Notes under the pieces: generated by a model | What the model saw: only the letters and a program-made list of their open reading frames with translations | Told to the model about the DNA's origin: nothing | Databases searched by the model: none | Made by a program: the position numbers and the translations under genes | Shown: positions 25,546 through 33,220 of the stretch, piece by piece | Layout: each line of letters starts with the position of its first letter | Numbering within the stretch: position 1 is the first letter of the stretch | DNA from: Alphaproteobacteria bacterium | GTDB taxonomy: Bacteria > Pseudomonadota > Alphaproteobacteria > JBILKX01 | NCBI GenBank assembly: GCA_044376435.1 | Contig: JBILKX010000002.1 | Location: forward strand, 1-58,437 | Direction of reading: 5' to 3' | Length of the DNA: 58,437 nucleotides

Positions 25546-26678
25546 GTAAAATTCAGCCGATTATTTTATCTGGAGGGGCCGGCACACGCCTATGGCCAAT
25601 ATCGCGCCCCGCAACCCCTAAGCAGTTTGTCAACCTCCTGGGAACTCAGCCGTTATTTCAACAAGCCCTCGCGCGGGCTCAATCCATCCCAGGTGCGTCA
25701 CTTCCTTGGGTTATTTGCAATGAGGACCACCGTTTTTTAGTGGCCGAGCAAGCGCGTCACGCTGGCGGCGTAGAGCGTATTATCCTTGAGCCGATTGCCC
25801 GTAATACCGCGCCTGCCATTACGGCTGCGGCCCTCATGGCGGCGCCTGATACCATTCTCATCGTGCTGCCCGCAGATCATGTTATTGCGAATCAAGCCGC
25901 CTTCTTATCGGCAACACAACAAGCAATCGCTGTCGCCCAGACAGGGGCTCTTGCTACTTTTGGCATCATGCCAACGATGCCGGAAACCGGCTATGGATAT
26001 ATTCGGCTTGGGCAAAGTATTGATACAATTCCAGGGGCTTACCGTATTGCTCAATTTCTTGAGAAACCTTCACACGCGGCGGCTGAAGCCATGATTAATG
26101 CCGGCGGCTATGTTTGGAACAGCGGCATGTTTGTCATGACAGCCCAGCGTCTTCTTGAAGAAATGCAGACGTATCAGCCTGAAGTTCTCAGTGCCTGTCA
26201 ATCGGCCATCGATCATCAAGTTGTTGATCATGACTTTGTGCGCCTGGACGCTATAGAATTTGCCAAGTCTCCCGCTATTTCCATGGATTACGCAGTCATG
26301 GAGCATACGCGTCATGCTACTGTTGTCCCCGTTGACATGGGGTGGGCAGACTTAGGCACATGGCAATCCCTATGGCAGCATAGCCCCCAGGATGAGCACG
26401 GTAATGTTATCCGTGGCACTGTCATTGCTGAGGACGTCAAGAACAGCTATATCTGCAGCACGGATACCCTTGTGGCTGTGACTGGGTGCGATGATCTTGT
26501 CGTGGTTGCCCTGCCCGATCTGGTAATGGTTGCGCCACGAGCTCATAGCCAAGCCGTACAGAAGCTTGCCCAGGCGGCTCAGACAGCCCAAGACACCCCG
26601 GCAGTCTCCGCACCGCGCTTGCCCGACTTTGCGGCGACTCGCCACCCCATCAAGCAATCCCAAGGAGGCACTGAATGA
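25542..26678 (+). CDS. manC: Mannose-1-phosphate guanylyltransferase (nucleotidyltransferase domain only)
   Basis: N-terminus ILSGGAGTRLWPISRPATPKQF. At 378 aa it lacks the C-terminal cupin/PMI domain of the about 470-aa bifunctional enzymes. ATGA overlap with the fcl stop. Confidence 0.82.
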   Translation: MSKIQPIILSGGAGTRLWPISRPATPKQFVNLLGTQPLFQQALARAQSIPGASLPWVICNEDHRFLVAEQARHAGGVERIILEPIARNTAPAITAAALMAAPDTILIVLPADHVIANQAAFLSATQQAIAVAQTGALATFGIMPTMPETGYGYIRLGQSIDTIPGAYRIAQFLEKPSHAAAEAMINAGGYVWNSGMFVMTAQRLLEEMQTYQPEVLSACQSAIDHQVVDHDFVRLDAIEFAKSPAISMDYAVMEHTRHATVVPVDMGWADLGTWQSLWQHSPQDEHGNVIRGTVIAEDVKNSYICSTDTLVAVTGCDDLVVVALPDLVMVAPRAHSQAVQKLAQAAQTAQDTPAVSAPRLPDFAATRHPIKQSQGGTE

Positions 26679-27922
26679 GTATACCGCCACTCCAGCCCGT
26701 ACGGGGCACCCACGACCTAATCGGTCAAGACTACGACCACTTCACCTATGTTGAAGCAACCGCTCGCCACCTTGCGGCGCGGTATGGGTTTCGTCCGATT
26801 GCTACCCCCATCTTCGAGTTTTCGCGTTTGTTTAAGCGTAGTCTTGGCGATGAGTCTGATGTGGTTTCAAAAGAGATGTATACCTTCACCGATCGCAACG
26901 GTGAAGAGCTGACCCTACGCCCGGAAGGCACGGCCCCCGTTGCTCGTGCGCTTATTTCTAATAAGCTTGCCTATGAAATGCCCCAGAAGTTCTATTACTC
27001 GGGGCCGATGTTTCGTTATGAGCGGCCGCAAAAAGGCCGGATGCGTCAATTTCATCAGCTCGCCGCTGAGTTGTTTGGTGTTTTTGAGCCTACTGGCGAT
27101 GTCGAAGTGATTGCCCTCGCTGCCCATGTGCTGGCGGACTTAAAAATTTTAGATCAGGTGACACTCGAGCTTAACACGCTTGGGGATACTGACAGTCGCA
27201 CTCGCTACCGTGACGCCTTGGTGAACTACCTCACACGCCATCAAGATCAATTATCCGCTGATAGCCAGCGCCGTCTCCTTGTCAATCCGCTCCGGATTCT
27301 AGACTCTAAGGCCCCTGAAGATAAAGCCATCGTTGCTGAGGCGCCGCGTTTATCTGATTACCTTACGGATGACTCACGGATATTCTTTGAGCACGTTTGT
27401 CAGGGGTTAGACCAGCTCGGCATTGCGTATGTGGTCAATCCACTGATTGTCCGAGGCTTGGATTACTACTGTCATACAACCTTTGAATTTGTCACCACTG
27501 CCCTTGGCGCCCAGGGAACTGTTCTCGCTGGTGGCCGTTATAATGGTCTAGTCTCCGCCCTTGGCGGGCCCGATGTTCCAGGTGTCGGCTGGGCTGCAGG
27601 GATTGAGCGACTGATGGCGCTTGCACCGGCCTCAGATCAACACCCCGTACTTGTGTCCGTTATTCCTGTAGATGAGGTCAGTGAGCCTTTGGTAATGCCT
27701 TGGGCCCAGAAATTACGTCAGGCCGGTATTCATGTTGACATGGCCTACACCGGCAATGGCAGCAAACGCTTAAAGCGTGCCAATAAAGCCGGGGCCACGT
27801 TTGTTGTACTGGTGAGCAGTGAGCACACATCCCGTGGCGAAGTGGTGCTGAAATCAATGCATGACGGCACGCAACAAGTGATTCCAGCCACTGATCTCGT
27901 TGCCAAGATACGCGCCCTGTAG
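26675..27922 (+). CDS. hisS: Histidine--tRNA ligase
   Basis: PVRGTHD, LRPEGTAPVARA and AGGRYNGL motifs of class II HisRS. ATGA overlap with the manC stop. Confidence 0.94.
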   Translation: MSIPPLQPVRGTHDLIGQDYDHFTYVEATARHLAARYGFRPIATPIFEFSRLFKRSLGDESDVVSKEMYTFTDRNGEELTLRPEGTAPVARALISNKLAYEMPQKFYYSGPMFRYERPQKGRMRQFHQLAAELFGVFEPTGDVEVIALAAHVLADLKILDQVTLELNTLGDTDSRTRYRDALVNYLTRHQDQLSADSQRRLLVNPLRILDSKAPEDKAIVAEAPRLSDYLTDDSRIFFEHVCQGLDQLGIAYVVNPLIVRGLDYYCHTTFEFVTTALGAQGTVLAGGRYNGLVSALGGPDVPGVGWAAGIERLMALAPASDQHPVLVSVIPVDEVSEPLVMPWAQKLRQAGIHVDMAYTGNGSKRLKRANKAGATFVVLVSSEHTSRGEVVLKSMHDGTQQVIPATDLVAKIRAL

Positions 27923-27953
27923 CGATACTTGGTTTCTTGAATACTTGACGAGG

Positions 27954-28613
27954 ATGATGACCCAACTCTTTATACTACTTTTAGCCCTATCTCTCCCCAC
28001 TAGAGTAATCCATAGCCAAGAAGACTTAAGCGCTATACGTTCTCAACAGGCTTGTTTACCGGAAGGTGATCTAAAGCACATCTCTTATGTACAGCAACTC
28101 ATTCACACGATGTCTCAGCTTGATCAACAAGCCCGCAGTGCTTGGAGTGCGCATAAACGCAGCGAGAACCAAGACCAGCTGCTCGCAGACATAGATCGCT
28201 TCCATACCGATAAAATGAAGCAAATCCTTGCGATCCATGGTTGGGTTAAGATCTCAAAGTTTGGCGCGCCTACTGATCATGAAGCCTGGCTTTTAGTTCA
28301 GCATGCGGATCATGATCCCTGCTTTCAAGCCGGATGTTTAATCATCCTGTCTCACCTGGTGCCTCAAGGTGAAACCGATGCCAAGAATTTTGCTTATCTT
28401 TATGATCGTGTTGCTGGGCACTTTTCAACTCTTGGTATGAAACAGCGTTACGGGACGCAAGTGCGTTTCTCGCCTCAAGGTGAAGCTTCTCTCCAACCTT
28501 ATGAAGGCACATTGATGGAGGTTAATCAACGTCGCGCACAACTTGGCTTAGAGACCGTTGAACATTATCTTGCGACTATCTCTAATATCTACCAACATGA
28601 TATTATTTCTTAG
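27954..28613 (+). CDS. Hypothetical secreted protein
   Basis: Signal-like MMTQLFILLLALSLPTRVIHS, then a soluble domain (EAWLLVQHADHD ... YLYDRV ... QRYGTQ). The start is taken at the internal ATG; the track ORF begins at 27900, inside hisS. Confidence 0.6.
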   Translation: MMTQLFILLLALSLPTRVIHSQEDLSAIRSQQACLPEGDLKHISYVQQLIHTMSQLDQQARSAWSAHKRSENQDQLLADIDRFHTDKMKQILAIHGWVKISKFGAPTDHEAWLLVQHADHDPCFQAGCLIILSHLVPQGETDAKNFAYLYDRVAGHFSTLGMKQRYGTQVRFSPQGEASLQPYEGTLMEVNQRRAQLGLETVEHYLATISNIYQHDIIS

Positions 28614-28788
28614 AGTATTACAGTGTCGCCTTCTGATACGTCGCCGTGTTGAGTTCTGTGATGAACTACGCGTTGAAATTTGTTCAAAACCGTAGTATGG
28701 TAACAACAGTTTTTGAGAATGAAATTTTACAAATAACTTAAAAAAATCAGAACTTACAACCTACCAAAAAACAAGAAAGAATAATGGT

Positions 28789-30054
28789 ATGGGAAGTCAT
28801 AAAAAAAGTATTGCGATTATTGGATCAGGGGCTGCTGGGTTAGCCGCGGCTTACCATTTATATAAAACGTGTTCGATCACGGTCTTTGAAGCCAACCAGT
28901 ATATTGGCGGCCACGCCAATACAGTTTCCGTCCCTACCCCTGATGGATCAATCGACGTTGACACCGGGTTTATTGTTTTTAACCATCGCAATTACCCGAC
29001 CCTTGTCGAGGCTTTTTCTGCCTTAGAAATCCCCACTGTTGCCACCCCTATGTCCTTTTCTGTCAGCTGTGATCAAGGAGCGTTTGAATTTTCGAGCGTT
29101 ATTCCCTTTGGTATTTTTGCTCAGCTGCGCAATCTTGTCAGCGTTAAACACTGGACCTTCATCCGTGAAATTTTGCGCTTTAATACTCAGGCTAAAGAGT
29201 GGCTGGATACGCATACCACCTCATCGGCAACCTTGGAAGCATTATTGGATGATCTTCACATGTCCCAAACCTTCCGCACGCGGTATCTTCTGCCGATGGC
29301 TGCCGCAATCTGGTCAGCACCAGTTGAAGAGATTATCAAATTTCCTGCAGTGTCATTTTTACGCTTTTATGATAACCACGGCCTCCTGAGTGTCTCTGAA
29401 CAACCGCAATGGCATACCGTGCACGGTGGCAGCAAGCAATATATAAAAAAGATCACTGACCTTTTCCAATCCCGCATTCGCCTCGATATTAAAATTACCA
29501 ATATCCAGCCTGCACCCACTTTAGGCGAGAAAGTTCTCATATGGGATGAGCATGGTCAATCCTATAGCTTTGATGCGGTCATTATTGCCACTCACGCGGA
29601 CCAAGCCCTGAAGATGTTACAGGCGCCAACCCCCGCACATCAAGACATTCTAGGTGCCTTCCGCTATCAGCGTAACCATACAGTCCTCCATCAAGATCCT
29701 CTTCTGATGCCTAAACGCCGCCGCGCTTGGGCAAGCTGGAATTATATCTCAAATGGAGAGCACCGCTTCGTCACCTATTGGATGAATCATCTCCAACATT
29801 TACCGCCGCAGTTTCCTTTGTTTGTCACCTTGAATTATCCGCATCCGATTACCAAACCGCTTGCGAGTTTTATCTATGAGCATCCTTTATTTGATTCTGC
29901 CGCTTTACAGGCCCAAAGTCGTTTACCTAAATTACAAGGGCTGGGAGGCTTATGGTTTTGTGGCAGTTACACCGGCTATGGATTTCATGAGGATGCTTTT
30001 AAGTCTGGCAAAGCCGCTGCCGCCAATATTCTGAAAAGGCTCGTCAATGCATAA
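28789..30054 (+). CDS. FAD/NAD(P)-binding amine-oxidase-like oxidoreductase
   Basis: N-terminal dinucleotide fold IAIIGSGAAGLAAAYHL. It is the first gene of the widely conserved flavoprotein-DUF1365-CFA synthase trio. Confidence 0.8.
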   Translation: MGSHKKSIAIIGSGAAGLAAAYHLYKTCSITVFEANQYIGGHANTVSVPTPDGSIDVDTGFIVFNHRNYPTLVEAFSALEIPTVATPMSFSVSCDQGAFEFSSVIPFGIFAQLRNLVSVKHWTFIREILRFNTQAKEWLDTHTTSSATLEALLDDLHMSQTFRTRYLLPMAAAIWSAPVEEIIKFPAVSFLRFYDNHGLLSVSEQPQWHTVHGGSKQYIKKITDLFQSRIRLDIKITNIQPAPTLGEKVLIWDEHGQSYSFDAVIIATHADQALKMLQAPTPAHQDILGAFRYQRNHTVLHQDPLLMPKRRRAWASWNYISNGEHRFVTYWMNHLQHLPPQFPLFVTLNYPHPITKPLASFIYEHPLFDSAALQAQSRLPKLQGLGGLWFCGSYTGYGFHEDAFKSGKAAAANILKRLVNA

Positions 30055-30838
30055 AGCCGGGATTATGCAAGTGTTCCACGGACGCACGACCCCGGCGGTC
30101 AATCAGTTCACCTACGGTGTTCCTTGTTTATTACTCAACGTTGCGACGCTCGAGCCCGAGAGTATTGGCGTGGTTGGTCTAGACACCACCCGTCCCATCA
30201 GTTTTCGCACCTCTGATCATGTGACCAGCGAGCACAGTTTATGGACATGGATCAATAACATCACTCAGCGCCATGCCGGATGGTCAGCAGCCTCTGTTGA
30301 GCTTTTAACCATCCCAAGATATTGGGGGTATGCCTTCAAGCCCGTAAGCTTTTGGTTATGTTGGCGCGACTCTGATCATCTCGGCGGTGTCTTGGCAGAG
30401 GTAAACAATACCTTTGGCGAGCGCCACCTCTACTGGGTGCAACATCCTGATGGCCGCCCAATTAAGGCTGAAGAATGGCTTTGTGCTGAAAAAATTTTTC
30501 ATGTTTCACCCTTCTTTGAAACAAAGGGTGAGTACCGTTTTCGCTTTAAACTTAGTGAAAACTTTATTGACATTCGTGTCGATTATTGGGTGGATGGTGT
30601 ACGCATGCTGAAGACTGGCCTTGCTGGTCAAGTGCGTCTCTTGACACCCGCTTTCGGATGGCGTGCGTTATGCACGTATCCCCTCGCAACTTTTAAAATT
30701 ATAACCACTATCCATTATCAAGCAGGTAAGTTATGGCTCAAAAACGTTCCATGGTTTCGCAAACCCACTCCACCCAGCACATCACTCTCTCTGAGCTCGT
30801 CGCTCCCTCCCTCTCTTGGGCAGCACGACAATTCCTAA
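30047..30838 (+). CDS. DUF1365-family protein
   Basis: N-terminus VFHGRTTPAVNQFTYGVPCLLLNV fits the DUF1365 H.R..P....F.Y pattern. Its position between the flavoprotein and the cfa-like gene supports the call. 8-nt overlap with the upstream gene. Confidence 0.7.
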   Translation: MHKAGIMQVFHGRTTPAVNQFTYGVPCLLLNVATLEPESIGVVGLDTTRPISFRTSDHVTSEHSLWTWINNITQRHAGWSAASVELLTIPRYWGYAFKPVSFWLCWRDSDHLGGVLAEVNNTFGERHLYWVQHPDGRPIKAEEWLCAEKIFHVSPFFETKGEYRFRFKLSENFIDIRVDYWVDGVRMLKTGLAGQVRLLTPAFGWRALCTYPLATFKIITTIHYQAGKLWLKNVPWFRKPTPPSTSLSLSSSLPPSLGQHDNS

Positions 30839-31977
30839 ATGCCCTTGATCATTGCCGCTGTGGTGAGCTCATCCTCCAGCTTCCCACAGGAAATTCCCTA
30901 AGTTTTGCCGGAGCTCATGCAGGACCCAAAGTGGTTTGGACCGTCCATGATTGGGGTGCCCTTGAGATGATTGCTAAAACTTCTGATATTGGATTTTTTG
31001 AGGGCTATCATGCCGGCCTGTGGGATGCCGACGACATCCCGGGGCTCTTGGTATTCTTTCTAATCAATGAAACAGCCATGACGGATTACCTATTTTCAAA
31101 AGGCATTATAAGAGTTGTCAACTGGCTCCGCCATTTATTCCGTCCCAATACGCGCCGAGGTAGCCGTCGCAATATTATTGCCCACTATGACCTTGGCAAC
31201 GATTTTTATCAGCACTGGCTTGATGGCTCTATGACCTACTCTGCAGGTCTGTATACCCAGCCCGACATGACCCTTGAATCGGCACAAAATGCTAAATATC
31301 AGGCAATACTTGATGATCTTAACTTACCTACGGGGAGCCACATCTTAGAAATTGGGTGCGGTTGGGGAGGTTTTGCAATTTATGCCGCCCATCAAGGGTA
31401 TCATATCACTGCCATCACCATTTCACCTGCGCAGCATGCGTTTGCTCAGGAAAGAATCGAAGCACAAAAACTTGAAGACCGCATTACGTTACAAAGTTGT
31501 GACTATCGCGAATTAGAGGGACAGTATGATGGCATTGTGTCAATTGAGATGTTTGAAGCTGTCGGCAAAGCGTACTGGGGGAAATTCTTTCAGACTGTAA
31601 AGCGGTGTCTGAAACCTAATCGAAGCGCGATTATCCAGACCATCACCATTGCTGAAGAGAATTTCCAAAGCTACATCCGTAACGTTGATTTTATTCAACT
31701 CTATATTTTTCCAGGTGGTCTCCTCCCCAGTCCTGAGAGGTTTTGCCGGGCAGCCCTTAACGAAGGCCTTAAAGTCGAGAACCGGCGATCTTTTGGTCCC
31801 AGCTACACCCAGACCTTGGAACAATGGCGTGCCAGGTTTCAGCTGAGCTGGCCTAAAATCATGAAACTGGGTTTTGACGAGTCGTTCTATAGGTTGTGGG
31901 ATTATTACCTGAGCTATTGTATCGCTGGCTTCCGGACAGAGCGTATTGATGTTGTGCATTTTCAGTTAACGCGATAA
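30733..31977 (+). CDS. cfa: Cyclopropane-fatty-acyl-phospholipid synthase family SAM methyltransferase
   Basis: HYDLGNDFY and the SAM motif LEIGCGWGG. The annotated start overlaps DUF1365 by 106 nt, so the start is uncertain. Confidence 0.88.
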   Translation: MAQKRSMVSQTHSTQHITLSELVAPSLSWAARQFLNALDHCRCGELILQLPTGNSLSFAGAHAGPKVVWTVHDWGALEMIAKTSDIGFFEGYHAGLWDADDIPGLLVFFLINETAMTDYLFSKGIIRVVNWLRHLFRPNTRRGSRRNIIAHYDLGNDFYQHWLDGSMTYSAGLYTQPDMTLESAQNAKYQAILDDLNLPTGSHILEIGCGWGGFAIYAAHQGYHITAITISPAQHAFAQERIEAQKLEDRITLQSCDYRELEGQYDGIVSIEMFEAVGKAYWGKFFQTVKRCLKPNRSAIIQTITIAEENFQSYIRNVDFIQLYIFPGGLLPSPERFCRAALNEGLKVENRRSFGPSYTQTLEQWRARFQLSWPKIMKLGFDESFYRLWDYYLSYCIAGFRTERIDVVHFQLTR

Positions 31978-32025
31978 CCGATGACCAGAGAAAGCTCAGT
32001 GTTGGGTGATGATTAAATTTTCTTA

Positions 32026-32053
32026 TTGACAATTCTCTGTTGATTCCTATACC
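32026..32053 (+). promoter_or_regulatory. Candidate promoter of duplicated gene X1
   Basis: TTGACA (32026-32031), 16-nt spacer, TATACC (32048-32053). The same arrangement is conserved at 33168-33195. Confidence 0.35.
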
Positions 32054-32079
32054 ATATCAATGCTTCGTTAGGTTATTTA

Positions 32080-32868
32080 ATGAAAAAAAGTTTTTTCAAT
32101 TCACTCAAGGACAATTCCTTCATGCGTCAGATTTCCGTCATCGTCTTATGCGCTAGTTTATCTCTGAATCCCTTAGCCGGCTTGGCTTGGGCAGCTGATA
32201 TAATGGCGCCCACTGTAGACTCCCAAGGCACCTTAGCGGCGCCACAAAAGCTGGTAAAGGCCCCTGTTGTACCCCCACACCAAGACCCTGTAAAAAAGTC
32301 TCAGGCTACACAAACACGGTGGTTCTGGCCACTGGTCGCTGGTATCGGTACTGTCGTCGCTGTGGTCGGCGGGCTTGCTGTATGGTTTTTCTCACAAAAG
32401 TCAACCCCTAGCACAAGTCCATTGAGTGACAATCCAGGGTTAGATAACTCAAAGCTCTTGGATAAAATGCGCGCGCGTTTATCTGAACTCAACGCAAAAT
32501 ATCAGACTATGGATAGTGATTTAAAGATAATTCAACAAGTGGCTATTAACCCAGTGCAAAATCTAGAGACTCTTACCACAATAAAAGGGGGCGGGTTGAC
32601 TCTGAAGGACTATGAATTCCTAGGTGAAATCTTCGCATCACAAACTCACGAGGAGCTAAAAGCACAACTCTTGAACCTGCAACCGTATGCTATTCAATAC
32701 ATCCAGTCAACAGTAGCGCTTTTACCCTCAATAAAGGCAACATTGACTTCATTTGTTGAGCGCGCCGACACCACATCTGATCCCATATCTTGGGGAATGC
32801 TTATAAAAGAGGCTTTGGAAAAGAAGAAAAGCACACCTGCGCCGTCAGAATCTTTAATTACATCGTGA
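32080..32868 (+). CDS. Hypothetical signal-peptide/TM protein X1 (short paralog)
   Basis: 262 aa. About the first 117 residues are nearly identical to X2, including signal-like MRQISVIVLCASLSLNPLAGLAWA and the TM segment WFWPLVAGIGTVVAVVGGLAVWFF. An alternative start at ATG 32122 has AAGGA 10 nt upstream. Confidence 0.7.
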   Translation: MKKSFFNSLKDNSFMRQISVIVLCASLSLNPLAGLAWAADIMAPTVDSQGTLAAPQKLVKAPVVPPHQDPVKKSQATQTRWFWPLVAGIGTVVAVVGGLAVWFFSQKSTPSTSPLSDNPGLDNSKLLDKMRARLSELNAKYQTMDSDLKIIQQVAINPVQNLETLTTIKGGGLTLKDYEFLGEIFASQTHEELKAQLLNLQPYAIQYIQSTVALLPSIKATLTSFVERADTTSDPISWGMLIKEALEKKKSTPAPSESLITS

Positions 32869-32937
32869 AAAGGTAGAATTTTTCTGACTTACACCGCTTA
32901 GTGTGACAAAACGCACTAAAGGTATAGCTTAAACGAC

Positions 32938-33037
32938 CATAGTGCACAGCCGCTTTGAGAAACAAGATCGGCGCCGACCAAAACCAGGGCAGCTCATGGT
33001 TTAAGACCCAATGATAATGTTGGTCTATGCAACTGGT
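32938..33037 (-). pseudogene. Fragment of the GT2 glycosyltransferase gene 3' region (copy of 35781-35903)
   Basis: CCATAGTGCAC.GCCGC.TTGAGAAACAA.ATCGGCGCCGACCAAAACCAG.GCAGCTCATGGTTTAAGACCCAATGATAAT...GGTCTATGCA.CTGG matches the intact gene, with a deletion of about 24 bp. Confidence 0.8.
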
Positions 33038-33057
33038 GGGGTATCATTACTCATCCA

Positions 33058-33116
33058 GCGCTGGCTTGGATAGCTCTATCCCCTATATTGATGTTGTGCA
33101 TTTTCAGTTAACGCGA
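33058..33116 (+). pseudogene. Fragment of the cfa 3' end (copy of about 31923-31974)
   Basis: CGCTGGCTT ... TATTGATGTTGTGCATTTTCAGTTAACGCGA reproduces the last codons of cfa without its stop. The duplicated intergenic region follows. Confidence 0.8.
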
Positions 33117-33167
33117 CAGCCGGCGACCAAAGGCAACGCAGCATTGCGTGATGATTGCGTTTTCTTA

Positions 33168-33195
33168 TTGACAATTCTCCGTTGATTCCTATAGC
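33168..33195 (+). promoter_or_regulatory. Candidate promoter of duplicated gene X2
   Basis: TTGACA (33168-33173), 16-nt spacer, TATAGC (33190-33195). Paralogous to 32026-32053. Confidence 0.35.
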
Positions 33196-33220
33196 ATTTA
33201 GTGTTTCGTTACGTTATTTA

